Shown: one piece after another, positions 37,053 to 55,006 of the stretch
Position numbering within the stretch: position 1 is the first letter of the stretch
How the letters are laid out: each line of letters begins with the position of its first letter
DNA from: Blastocystis sp. Blastoise
Lineage: Eukaryota; Protista; Bigyra: Opalinata
Direction of reading: 5' to 3'
NCBI GenBank assembly: GCA_039096225.1
Contig: JBBPEB010000027.1
Span: 806,001-870,000, forward strand
Length of the DNA: 64,000 bases
Made by a program: the position numbers and the translations under genes
The notes under the pieces: generated by a model
Databases searched by the model: none
What the model saw: only the letters and a program-made list of their open reading frames with translations
Told to the model about the DNA's origin: nothing

Positions 37053-38832
37053 TATATATATATATATACGAGCATTTATTTTCTTCATTATCTTCTTCTT
37101 CCTATAATAATAATAAACATAATAAAGTTAATAAATATAATAAAGTTAATAAATCTAATAAACATAATAATACATACTGTCAAGCTATCATGATCAGAAA
37201 TTGATAAATCTAAATCGATATCTCCTTCTTGGGAGGGCATACTTGTTTGTCTAGGTAAGGCAGTATTATTATTACTATTACTATTATTACTATTATTACT
37301 ATTACTATCTTTATTATTATCTTTATTATTATTAATAGTAACAATAGTAGTAGGAACATCTATATTCATTTCATCTTTAGATGGATCTTTATCTACAAAT
37401 ATCGTAGCTTTATTATTATTATTACTATTCATATTGTTTGTAACAGTAATATTATTCTTCATACTGATATTATTATTACTATTAGTATTTGTAACAACAT
37501 TATGAATAATGTCATTAATATTACTACCTGTACTTGAAGAAGAAGTAGAAGAAGATGAAGATGAAGAGGGTATATATACATTCTTAGCTAGGGGTTGATA
37601 AGAATTATTTTTCACATTATTCATTATTTTATTGTTATTACTGGTATTAGTATTAGTATTATTATTATTAATAGTATTCATATTATTATTATTATTATTA
37701 ATAGTAGGAACAGTAGTAGCAGCATTAATAGAAGGATAAGGAGTTCGAGAAGTCACTTGAGATGATGTCATAACCGCGGGAATCGGAGAAGCGGTAGAAG
37801 CTAGGCCATTCATATTATGAATTCTATAGAATAATAATAGCATTTTATGTTCTATTAGAGATGAAATAATATATAAAATATGTATATATTCAATAACAAT
37901 ATATAGATAGAACTAGAATGATAAAAAAATAAATTGTCTAAAAAACAAAAATCTTCAGTATATATATATACCTATTTATTCCTTGATCTTTTGAAGGCAT
38001 TAGTTTCGAGGAATAATCATTTTCATAATGATAATTCTTCTTTTCTTCTTCTATATATATATAAATAAAGGCATAATCATATATTATTTTAAGATATAAG
38101 ATAATATTTAAAAAAATGAAGATTTATTATATATATAAAATAAAATAATAATATTTTATTTTCAAGAACATATAATATAATATATAAAATAAATATCTAT
38201 TATATATATAAAATAAATAAATATCTATTATATATATACTAGTAGCATCTCGACCAATAGCAATATTTTTATTTGACATATCTATTTTAGGACTCATAAA
38301 AGTATCGATTGATTCACGATATGGTTGTTGAGCCATTTGCATATCTATAGAATTCATAGAGATATACATTGGAAAGAATATCTATTTAAGAACATACATT
38401 GAACACGATTCTGAGCATTAACACCCATTCCATATAAATCTTCAGAAGGATCTATATTCATTTGTTGTCTCAATCCTTGCATATTCGCATATGCTGGTCT
38501 ATAAATAATTTAAGATAATAGAGATCAATAATCTTGAGAAAAATAAAACAAAAATACATTTGACCTTGTCTTGAAAATTGTTGAGGCTAAAGAAATATAT
38601 AAGTTGATATAACGATATAAGACAGTGAATTACATACCATATAAGAATATGGACCAGGAATAGGTCTTCCCGAATTCAACATATTAGCATAGTAGACAGA
38701 CATATTAGGATCTTGCATCTGATCATATTGACTCCATGCAGCAGCTTGCTGAGCTATGGGTTGACCTACGCCGTTTGTGTCAAAAGTCTCCGAAGATAAC
38801 ATATAATTATAATAATGACCTTTCTTATCCAT
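36511..38832 (-). CDS. CW-type zinc finger protein (putative H3K4me reader) with a low-complexity N-terminus
   Basis: The last exon gives VWIQCHNPKCRKWR...FYCVSNYWDIDASSC. The upstream exons are Q/M/N/S-rich. One junction is 1 nt out of phase. Confidence 0.75.
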
Positions 38833-39930
38833 TAAATAGATAAATCAATAAAGTACCAAAAAAGTATACTAATAAAAATTCAATTACTATTTCAATAAAT
38901 AACCAGATTAAGATGAAATTGAAGAGGAAAACCAAATACACACACAAATCTGAAACAGCACCAATTCTACCCTTAATACGTTTACCGTGGGAAACACATC
39001 AAAAGTCTCCATTTCTTTATTGATTTTCATATTCTTTCCAGTTTAATTTAAAGAAACAACGCATTCTTATTCATTCATTGGCTAAATTAATTAAATTTCA
39101 TGAATTTCTATGGTTAGAATTTCTATGTCGAATTGGGTACATTTTATTTTTATTGTTCCTTTGTTTTTCTCTTTTATCATTTATAATCTTTTAACTTCTC
39201 TTCGTTTTCTTTTCCTTTTCTACATTTTAATAATCTTTATTTGCTCACACTATATTAACATACGACACGTATCTTTATAGAAATCCAGTTTCTTGACTAT
39301 TATTATGCGACCATTTGCTTTTAAATAAAGTTATAATTAATGAAAGATTATTAAAATAAGTTTCTTAGACGTACTAGAATATGATGAACATTATAGAACT
39401 AAAATTGTGCACATCATTCTTTGTAATATATGTTGTTAAACGCTACTAAACGATATGTGAAGTCATGTATGTACGTCTATTCTATACATATCACAATTAT
39501 TATAGAATAAAAATGAGAAAACAATTCTACATCTGTGTTTCCCTTACAACTAGTCTTTACAAACATATTATTAAGATTCTTGATTTTATCTCTATGCAAT
39601 AAAATATTTATTTTAATTGATTATTGAAAAACAGATGAAAGTCTGAAAAAACGAATGAACATATTTTTTACTTGTTTAACTCTTCAACTTTGTTTTCTAA
39701 CTTCCATTTCTTATTTAAAAATAATAATAACTTAAACTATAATAAATAAAGAAGAATACAAAGAATGAATCCTTTTTTCTTTAAAACAATACTACCCATA
39801 AAAGAGCCGACATGTCCCGTGGTTATTCAAGAAAAAGATCTGATTAGAAATTCGTGTTTATCTGATCAATTTTCAATTCTTTGAAGTGAAGATATTAAAT
39901 AGTTCTTTATTTAAAAGTCACTTATCATTC

Positions 39931-40807
39931 ATGAATAAAGTTTTCTTATTATTATGTACGTTGTCTGTAGTTCTGGCTTGTATTCCTCCTAATGGTCCTG
40001 AACTTGTGACAAAAGGAAATAAGCACCTTGTTTGTGTAACAATTAATGGAAGTCGTAGAAACGTTTTCAATCCTGTAGTTGATGAATTTACTCGTGTCAA
40101 CTATACAAACTCATACACTGATAAGGAAACTTTGTATGTTGATGATGATCATACGTATATTTCTGTTTCTACTGCTACTTCCTTAAAGAATGTCAAATCT
40201 GTATCAAAATTATATCTTTATGGTCGTAAATATTATCCTATATTAACAGCAGTTATTTCTGTTGAGAAAGGTGAAGTTGTAGCAATTACTTGGGATGATG
40301 GTTGTTACTCATGTCAAGAAGGATGTGAACAAAATAGTATGTATCTTGAAGATGGTGAAATCCAAATCATTCAAGCAAATGACCCTAAGTATAGTGTCTG
40401 GGCAGGCCAAAGTTGTTATTTAGATCAATCTTGTGATGCAACAAAGAAAAATTGTGACCTTAAAGTATTTTTTATTATTTATATTTATTTTATGTTTATA
40501 TTTATTCTATTTATATTATATATTATATATATTAAGTATTACATTATATATTATATTTATTCTATTTATATTATATTATATTTATTCTATTTATATTATA
40601 TTCTTTATTATATTTATATTATATATTATTTTTATTCTATTTATATTAAATTATATTTATTAAAAATTACATTATATTATATAATAGTTATATATTGTTT
40701 GGTCAGGTACTGATAAAGATGGAAGACCTCTTTCTTCTTCTAATATGAGATTCTCTCGTTTTGATGGAGCTACTTTATCGTCTATATATAATACTATAGT
40801 CAATTAA
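39931..40807 (+). CDS. Secreted Cys-rich protein of unknown function, 2 exons
   Basis: Signal peptide MNKVFLLLCTLSVVLA, ITWDDGCYSC and spliced CDLKLYIVWSGTDKDGRPLSS. Stop at 40805-40807. Confidence 0.75.
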
Positions 40808-41494
40808 TTTCATTTATATATATATAATATTAGAATTTTATTTTATAATTTTAAAAAAATCTGTTGCTTTTAAATATATATTTATATCATGTAAAACAAA
40901 TTATTTATTTGTATATTCAATCAAATAGAATTTATTTTTATTTATTTTACTTATTTTTACACATTTTTTATGTACTATTCTTATATTTAACATTTTATTT
41001 TTTTTTAATTCTAATAATATATTCATAATTTGGTTTGCTTTTCACATTCTCAACATTTCACTATTTTATAGAATTAATAAACATATATATATAAATCTCA
41101 TCTTTGAAAATAATAAAGAACAACAAAATATAATAGGAATAGAATTATTAGCAATTCTCTATGTTCATCATATATAATCATTAATATAATATATATATAT
41201 ATATTAAAACAAATATTGACAAATTATAAATTAAAATAATATATATATATATATATACTTATATACTTATAAATATAGAAATAGAATAAGAAATGTTAGC
41301 AACCGTGACAATAGATAAAAAAAGAAAAGGAAATAAATAATTTACGAAATATTAATAAAGAGAATAATAGTTTGAATATATATATATGAAATGTTAGAGA
41401 AAAATCATAAAAAAGGACACAATAATAATAATAAAAGAATATTTATATAGATTATTGATATATATATAATATATATGATATATAGTATTCAATA

Positions 41495-45175
<3,681 letters not shown>

Positions 45176-45601
45176 TTCGAGAAATTAATTTATGTTTGAA
45201 GCGTAGATTCTACTATAATAATTAGACAATTACTTTAAGAATATATATAGTTACATTAATAACGATTAGGATAGGACTTTCTAAAAAAATATTAAAAAAA
45301 AAAAGAATCCCGTTTTTTTTAAATGAATAACATTATTTCTTTATAAAACTTGTTTTTTTTTAATTTAGATATATACATTCAATTGGGATATTTATTATTA
45401 ATTTATTTTCGTCTAAATAAAAATAAAATAAAACAAAACAATGATAGTTGTCACAATGAAGTTATGCCTCAGAGGATAATATATGATTATATAAGATTAT
45501 ATTACATTCAGGATACAATATACATATATGAAAACAATAAAGAATTACTAAATATATATTTTATATTATTAGAAATAAGAGGAATCGCAAAATAATTTGC
45601 T

Positions 45602-47681
45602 TTAGAATTTGAAGATACCGAAAGCATATAAACCATATAAGCAAATAATGACAGCATAAGTAACAAAGAGAACAATACCCTTCATCTTATTTAAGATAAT
45701 CTTAGGTTGTCTGAAAACGAGCATACATCCGATGGTAAGAACGAAGAAGACGATCATACCAGTAAGATGGAAATAGAAGGTTTTCATGGTAGCAGTAATA
45801 TCACCAAAGGGAAGATTACCATCATCATCAAAGAAGGTCATTAATAACCAAGGGAAACCAAGACCAACACCAATATTGACAATTTGAGAACCAATGGAGT
45901 TAGCAAGAGCCATAGAGGCGAGACCCTTCTTGGCGACAGCTAAGGATTGAATGGTATCAGGGACGGCACTACCCCAAGAAATAACAGAAAGACCAAAGAG
46001 AGATTGAAGACCAACCATGTTAGGATATATAGATATATTAATATATATATAATTATTCTGAAAAGAAATATGGAGAATATATATAATAATAATATAAATA
46101 TACATTAATTTCTTCTAAGATTTCACACCATCTTTCAATAATAGTAGCAGTAATAAAAGAATAAATAGCAATCCAAACGAAAGATAAAAGCATAGTAATA
46201 AGAGCAATATAACTGAAATCACCATTCTCTATAAGGTTATATGATAATAAGTATTTATCAAATAATAAAACAAGATATTGAATAATGTAATATATATATA
46301 TATACTCTTATGAGGTTCAGGAACAGTCCATTTAGTGAAGAATTCAGTAGGAATAGTACAAGATTTAGTTAAAACCATTATAATCATATCAATAACATAA
46401 GCAACTTGAACAGCAGCTTTATGAGGCATGCATTTCTCTAATAAGGTTTGAGTCTTGGAAACAGATCCACCAATCTTATTTTCAATAGGAGTACTGGGAG
46501 TAGTAGGAGTATTTAATAAACCGTCGGCATCAGGCTCATCATTAGTATGTAAACCACCTTCATCATGATCTTCACCACCCTATATACATAGATATATAAG
46601 GATAAGAGTAAGAATCACGAAATATCAAAAAATAAATAAATAAATAAAAAAATTAAATCAATTTAAAAAGTAATAAATAATCGTATTTTCTTGATAAGTT
46701 AAAAAATAATAATATATATTATAAATTAAATAATTTCCTTAATATATAAATAGAATTCAAATATATATATATAATAATAATAATTACATCCACAACAAGA
46801 TTTGAAAACAGTCTTTCTTAAAGTAGGATAGTAGATAATGAATAAAATATAGAGAATATAAACTATAATTAAAGAAAGACATTCCCATCTGCTGACAAGA
46901 CCATCTTGAATAGCAAGTAAAGTTAAGAATAACTCTACATAATAACTATACAAATATAATTATAAGAAATGTATAATAGTAAAAACAACATTAGAATGAA
47001 TGAAATCTTTAAAATAATAATAATTCAAAAAATAATAATAATTCAAAAAATAATAATAATTCAAAAAATAATAATAATTCAAATAAATTAATATTCAAAT
47101 AAATTAATATTCAAAACAATAATAATTCAAAAAAAAAAAACATAAACAAGACAATCACGAACAAGAGCTCTTCTCTTAATTTGAAGGGCTTCAGGAGCAC
47201 AGACGGCACAAAGACCAGGAACGACTAAGAAACCCATTAAACCAGAACCAAAAATGGAACTGACACCAAGTTCAAGAGAATCACCACCTTCAATAGCAGT
47301 AATAGTACTAATAACAATTTCAGGAGCAGCAGAACCAATAGCTAAGAAAGTAGCACCGGCAACATCTTCCTTCATATGCCATCTATCACAAAGAGCTTCA
47401 AGAGAAGGAACTAATTTAGCATCGACAACCTATAAATCAATAAATGATAGTCATGAGATATAGATTTAGAAATATTCAAAAAAAAATATGTTAAAAAAAT
47501 AAAAACGTACAGCACCAACACCAACAAGGCAGAAGAAAATAAGCCAAATTTCGACAAGTATACCAAAGAAGTTACCATCGATAAGATTTAAACATAAACC
47601 ATCAAAGAAGTTTTCACATCCTGTGGTAGCTTGTTTAGCAGCCATAAGGAATCTTCTTGCAGCAGTATCAGGGTAGTTCAT
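45602..47681 (-). CDS. K+-dependent Na+/Ca2+ exchanger (NCKX/SLC24, CaCA family); three introns have non-canonical ends
   Basis: Alpha-1 repeat DVAGATFLAIGSAAPE...GVSSIFGS and alpha-2 repeat GLSVISWGSAVPD...MALANSIGSQIVNIGVGLGFPW. Confidence 0.9.
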
Positions 47682-48672
47682 TCTTTCTTCAACAAGATAG
47701 CAAGAATAGATATATAAATGCAAAATTTCTATCTTACATTTCCATACAATATTGAAAGCAAATTGGATCTTAGATGTATTAACAGTGATTCCAGATTAAA
47801 CATAAATATTATGATGATTATCCATTTCTAAAAAAGGAAGATTATGAGGCTATATATAAGAAAGAGACCCTAATCAAAAATTTTTTTAGATTAATGACGG
47901 AAAAGCAAAGAAAATTATAATTTGAATGGCTCCTAATAGGGTATTCCCAAGAAAAGAGAACGTCGAAAAGAGAGAGGTTACGGCCCATTTATAGGTTAAA
48001 AAGGAGATGTGTCATTCATCCATCCGAAAATTCTGATTTGATTTGTCAGCATAAACAAGCAAACCAATTATTTCTCGAAAAATTGATAGACACATTTATT
48101 TTGATAACCTCATTACTTCCTTTTAAATGGCGCAATATAAGGATATATTCTATTTTCCATTGTCTAAGGTCCATTTGTTCTTCATGTTTATATAATATAA
48201 ATTATATATTTAATAAAAAAGTCATTTTTACTGGTTAGAAAAAGAAATGACTTCTATTAATGTGTTTTTTGTTATTCTCCAATAACTATTACGTTTATTA
48301 GAAAATTATATTTCTTATTTATTCCATATATGTAAATTATAGTGACTTGCGCTTAATTTCAACTGAAAAATAATAAATTTTTTCTTTGATAGAATCTATA
48401 ACTTTTTTGAATTTAGAATATAGAAATACTTTCATTAAACCATATTTTTTTATATGAATTTGTGGAAAGAATTAACGATTAGTAGTGATTTGAAGCAATA
48501 TACACTTGAAGAGCAAATATTTTTATCAAAGAATATTTTCAATGGATATATTTGAAAGTAAACTATATTACTTAATATTCATAATATCATTGAGATACCA
48601 GGAAAAAGTGAAAATGAAAAAAGCATAAGAAATAATGGTTATAATAAAATAATAATAATAAATTGTGGAGAT

Positions 48673-50814
48673 TTAGTTCATTTCATGATATGTATTCATG
48701 GATAATAGTTGGAAAAGGCAATCTAAAGAAAAATTATAAAATAGAGATTTTATGTTATAATTAGATATTAAAAGACATACCAATAATATATGTATAGACT
48801 TGTGGTATTTCATTAGTAGGTACATCATAATAGACTCCATTACAAATATAAAAATAATTACTATCCGTAGTAATTGTACCAAGATATAAAGTATCATTGT
48901 TTCGTAATGATTGTACGGTGTTCTCATGAAGGCGAGATGCAAGAGCTTGTTTTTTACTCTATAATGGTATAGATCATGATTATTATATTATTATTATAAA
49001 TATATTTAGTAGAACTGTTATTATAATAAGTATATAATAAGTATTATAATAATGATTTTATAAGTATTATAATAGGTATTTAATAAGTATTTAATAAGTA
49101 TATAATATATTTAATAATAATGATTTTATAAGTATTATAATAATATAATAATAATGATTTTATAAATAATATAATAATATAATAATGATTTTATAAGTAT
49201 TATAATAATATAATAATATAGATACTCTCCCTCCAAAGTTAGCTAGATGCATGTTAATGACGCACCCCAAGATCTTTACGTTAGAAACAGATTGTAACAA
49301 TAAAGATAATTGGATCGTACGTAACACAGATGTTGTCTATATATAATTATAAATAGAGAATATCTATGTTATATATAATTCTATTCTAATATCAATAATT
49401 TAGATAAATAACAAGTATTATTTTATACATATACATATATTGCTTAGATTATTAATAATAATAATAATAGTTATATATATTATATAATATAATATATATA
49501 TACATATATATATACATGTGGAGAAGTAATAGTAATACACTGAATAGGACCATATTTACATAATAATTCAATTAACCGCTTAACACGCATATTTCCATTT
49601 GGCACTATATATATATATAGCATATATTCTATATATATATATAACATACATAAAAAATATAATAGATATAACATACATAATATATATAACATCATAAAAA
49701 ATATAATATACATAATATATATAATATACATAATATATATAACATACATAATATATATAATAAATACAATATACATAATATATATAACATATATTTATAC
49801 TATATAGAATTCAATAAAAACAAAAATATTGATGATAATATAAAATATAATATATACTATGAATATTATATATATATAAAAGTATTGATAATAACATATA
49901 TACTATCTACAATAAGAACTTGAGTGTTTTGCCATTCACTCATTTCAATCATTTTCATAAATAAAGCTAAAAAGACAATTTATATATAAAAACGAAATTG
50001 TTATTTATAAATATAATTTATAATAAAGATATACGAAAAATAATTATAATCAAAAATAATATATTTATAATAATTTAGCAATGATACTTTCTCTTGTATT
50101 TTCATCCCATTCGGGTATTTGACGATTTTCTGTTTCTGAAAGGAAAAAACTATATGATAATACTTTGAGATCTGCATTCTTATTGGGCTATGATTAAAAT
50201 ATGTATATAATATGATAAAATATATATATATATAATAAAATATATAATATATAATAAAATATATATAATAAAAATATATATAATAAATATATAATAAAAA
50301 TATATATATAACAAAAATATATATAATAAATATATATAATAAATATATATAATAAATATATATATAACAAAAATATATATAATAAAAATACATATATAAT
50401 AAAAGAAAATAAGTTTTCTATAAAAATAACTATAACTATATATACAATTGTCCATTTCCCATTAGAATCTACATGAATATCTGTATTAGCCAAGTTGAAT
50501 ATATAGCCTACATTAGGATCATCACAATCAGCAGATAAATATCCAACCTATTCAAGAAAAAGTCAATTAGAAAAAAATAAAAAACATTTTTTTTCTAAAA
50601 ATACCTTAATGGAATTCATAGAAAGATATTTCGACAAACAGTAAGAAAGAATCCCTTTTCCTTGACCACCACAACCTACATCAATAATCAAAAAAAAATA
50701 TTTAAGAAGTACCAGAAACAATTGGAATGATCATTTTAAACTGCACAATACCTTTAATCATTTATATAAACTATTTATATAGTTAAAGTTACTTTCTTCA
50801 TCTGATGGATGCAT
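48673..50814 (-). CDS. Degenerate Nbp35/Cfd1 (NUBP/Mrp-family) P-loop NTPase-like protein, about 10 exons
   Basis: Spliced: IIPIVSGCGGQGKG, KVGYLSADCDDPNV, LKVLSYSFFL, EWQNTQVLIVDMPNG, ITITSPH, ILGCVINM and LYLGTITTD. These follow the NUBP motif order. The 3' exons are less certain. Confidence 0.7.
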
Positions 50815-51683
50815 TTCAGAATAATAGACGGTTGAAATATATTAGTATATATGTACAGTATATATGATAGATATACTAAATGCTATTTAAGAAATAAAAT
50901 GCAAAAGAAATATTAAAAAAAAAAAAAGAATTAAAATTCTAAAAAAAATTATTTTCTACTATTGTTGATCATACTGCCTTTTCTTTTAACGGATTAAATA
51001 AGTAAAAATTATGTTTTGAAAATAATATATCATCATATGAATATATATGAAAGGATATTCTTTTTCCTATCAATATATTCTTAATTGTGAAATTATTTGG
51101 ATTTAAAAGTCATTTTCTTGAGGTTATATGCATATAACTAGGACAGAAAACAATTATTTATGTGTTCTATCTAGATGTATTCGATTTTCAGAACAAAAAA
51201 TTACTAGAAAAATGTAGGCTCAAAAATTCATCATAAAAAATAATATATATTTTTATAAAAACGTATTTTACATGCTAATATGGAATTCATATATTAAAAG
51301 AAAAAAGTCAATTTCAAATGTCAATTACAAAAACACCAAAAGTACTATCATATTTATAAAGCATATAAAATTTTTTTTTTCTCGTTAGTCAGCTTATGAT
51401 TATTATGCTTATAAAAAGATAGACTATGTTCTGTACAGAAAATTTACAACTTTTTAATAGTTTCAGTATTATTTCTAAATAAGGAAATTACTACATTTCA
51501 GCAAAATATAATCCAATAAGAATGTCGAATTTCAGGATTTAGGTTTTTGATTCGATAAAAGGTGGAGTTCAGCCACACTTAAGAGTTCTTCTTGAAGTCA
51601 TTCAGAATTTTTCGAGTTTTATAGATTTCATTTATTTTTTAATTAATAATTAGTTTAGTCGCTATTATTGTACGAATTTGAAG

Positions 51684-52772
51684 ATGTTTGGAAGATTATT
51701 TGGTAAGAAGCCTGCTCCTGAGCCTGAAAAGAAGCAACTAGATCCTGTTGAAGCTCAAATCAAGTCTAATGAAACTATTCAAACGATTAACAACGCTATC
51801 AGCGGTATTGAAGCTAAGATTGATGCTGTTCAGAAAAAGATGGATGAAGCTCAAGATAAGGCTAAGGAAGCTGTTATCAGCAAGAACACTGACTTAGCTA
51901 AAAAGTTTCTTGAAGATAAAAAGAGATTAGCTGCTCAGATGGATGGTTTAAGAGTATATATATATATATATCAACATATATGATCTCTTTTTATTGTTTA
52001 TAGTATATTTATTATAATATATAGAAACAAGTGATTGCTTTAGAAGGTAATAAAGCCCTAGTTTCTTCTGCAATTGATTCTCAAACACTTCAAAATATTC
52101 AAATTCTTGTAGCTGATACTATTAAGCAAATTGCTGTCGATCCTGATCAAGTTTCTGATGCTCTTGATGATATTAATGATTTTAAGTTAAAACAACAAGA
52201 AATTCAAATGACTTTAGATCAATTCTATGCTTCTCCTGATGCTGAAGCTGATGTATATATATATTATTTATTTTATTTTTATTATTTTATATATTTATTA
52301 TTATTATTATTATTTATTATTATTATTATTTTATTATAATTTTATTATTATAATTATATATATTTTCTATATTCTTTTACTAGTTACATTAAATTCCTTC
52401 TTTATTAAATATACTAATAATACTATATAATTAATATCAATAAAAATTACTATATTCTTATTCTTTATTATTCTCTATAGGAAGAAATTGATAAAGAATT
52501 AGCTGAGTTACAACAAGAAGTAGCTATTGAACAAACAGCTGCTGCTCCTTCCGTTAATACTACTGTTCCTCAAAAACAATTATCTCCTGAAGAAGAATTG
52601 AATAATGTATATTATTATTAACTTATTTTTATTATATCTATTATTATTATATTTTTTAATATTAGTTTTCTTCTTATAATAATAATTATTAATCTTATTA
52701 TTTCTTTCTATATAGATGCAAAAAGCTGAAGAGGATGAATTATCTAGATTAGCTGCTGAATTAGGCATGTAA
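51684..52772 (+). CDS. SNF7: ESCRT-III Snf7/Vps32/CHMP4-like protein
   Basis: MFGRLFGKK N-terminal amphipathic helix, a coiled-coil core, EEIDKELAELQQE and a C-terminal EEDELSRLAAELGM. Confidence 0.85.
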
Positions 52773-53243
52773 ATGAATTTTATATTGCTCTATATATATA
52801 TATATTTAATATTATTATATTCTTTCATGTTGCTATCTAACAATAAAAATCCTTTTTATATAAATAATTTTGTATTTTAAGTATTATGTATCTATTATCT
52901 ATACATTTTGTTTTCGTTGTTTATTTCATTCATACATAATACTTTTCTTTTTTACAATTTTTTTTGTAATCCATGACATACAAATTTTAAAAATATGTAC
53001 ACTCTATTCTATTAACGCATACACACTCTTTATTTAAGCATTTTCTTGCCATTCTTTTATTGCAAAAACATTTATTTATATCAATAATTCAATAAAATAA
53101 TAACATACATAAACACTGGAAGCTCATCCATATTTCCATGGAAATTTCTTTTTTTTCTTCTCCATCTAAAATTTTTTCTGTTTTAAAAAAGAAACTTTAA
53201 AAAGTACATTACTAATATTTTTTGATTTCCACCAAGTTTAGAA

Positions 53244-54640
53244 ATGAAGATCTTTTATATTTTTGTTTTTTTACTTATTATAGTCACTGCTGAAAGAGAT
53301 TTCTATGCTATTTTAGGTGTTAAAAGGTATGCTTTATCGATTGAGTTCGCTTTAGATGTTTTTGTTTGATTTCTATTCTTGTTATTACTTTATATATCTT
53401 TTATTTATTATAGAGATGCAAAGGAGAGTGCTATTAAACGTGCCTACAGAAAATTAAGTTTACAATATCATCCAGATAAGTGTAAGACTGAAGAATGTAA
53501 AGCTAAGTTTATTGATATTCAAAAAGCTTATGATGTTCTTTCTGATGATAATCAAAGACGTGTATATGATAATAAAGGTGAAGCTGGTTTAGAAGAAAGA
53601 GAAAAACAAAAACAAGGTGGTGGTGGTTTTGATCCTTTTGGAGGTTTATTTGGTAATCATTTTGGATTTGGTGGAAATCGTCAAAGAAATCAAGATACTC
53701 AGTTATCTTTGAATGTTGCTTTAGAAGATTTATATAATGGAAGAGAATTTGAAATTAAGATTAATCGTCAAGTTATTTGTAAGAAATGTAGAGGTACAGG
53801 TGCTGATGATCCAGATCATGTTCATAAATGTCCTGTATGTAATGGTTCTGGTGTTCAACTTGTTCGTAGACAACTTGCTCCTGGTTTTGTTACTCAAATG
53901 CAACAAACTTGTCAAAAATGTGGTGGTAAAGGTACAATCTTTGATCATGTTTGTCCTATTTGCAGAGGTAACAAACTTGTTCAAGAAACTCATCCTCTTA
54001 CTGTCACTATTGAACGAGGTATGGCTAATGGTCAACAATTAACTTTTGAAAATGAAGGTAACCAACATCCTGATCTTGATCCTGGTAATGTCATTGTTGT
54101 TTTACAACAATTAAATCATCGTATTTTTACTAGGGATGGTGATAATCTTAAGATGAATATGAGTATTACTTTGAAAGAAGCTCTTCTTGGATGGAGAAAA
54201 ACATTTAATCATCTCGATGGACGTATTGTTGAAGCTGGAAAAGATTCTATTACCAAACCTGGTATATATATATGTTTTTTTAAATATTTTATTTCATTAT
54301 ATATATTTGTTTTTTTTTTTTTTGCTTTTTAAAAGTTTTATTTCATTATATATATGTTATTTTATAATATGTATTTTTTAAATTTTCTTTTTTAATATAT
54401 ATATATATATTACTATTTAAGAATTATTATAAAATATTCATATTCTGTTTATGACTTTGAATAATTCTTATACTATATGATTATCTATATTATATAGGTG
54501 AAGTCATTCGTTTAGAAGGAGAAGGTATGCCTCAACATAATTTCCCATCTCAAAAAGGTGATTTATTTATTACCGTTACTGTTGTTATGCCTAAATCGCT
54601 ATCAAATAAACAAAAAGAAGTTGTCCAACAATTCTTCTAA
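53244..54640 (+). CDS. ER-lumenal class A DnaJ (Scj1/ERdj3-like)
   Basis: Signal peptide, J domain with HPD, G/F region, four CxxCxGxG-type zinc motifs and C-terminal GEGMP...KGDL. Confidence 0.92.
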
Positions 54641-55006
54641 GTTGGTCATGTACTTCTTATTTTTAACTCTTATTATTTCTTTTCATTTTTGATCATTATA
54701 TATTATTTATTACTTTTTTTTAAAACTATGTTTTTAAGTTTTTCATTGTTTTTTTTTTGATTATTTTTTAAAAATAGACATCAATTGATCTCATTTCAAC
54801 AAAATAAATTCATTACATTTCATTAGATATATCTCTACATTTATTAAATATAAGCAATATATTTTTAAATCTCATTTTCTTATCAAAGGACTTATATTTT
54901 ATAAAATAAGCATTTTATATTTGTATTCATCTTTGTAAGAACAGAAATGTACACAAAAAACCATTCATTTTTCAACATTATTTTCTATTTTATTCAATAG
55001 TTTACA

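Noticed and set aside
46018-46028. ATATCCTAAC in NCKX as a second U12 donor
   Set aside because: It spans an intron/exon junction and is followed by uninterrupted conserved coding sequence.
46991-47007. 17-nt micro-exon that would make the NCKX intron canonical
   Set aside because: It is in frame but lengthens the TM helix beyond the usual RD...DG spacing and has a weak donor. It is disfavoured, not excluded.
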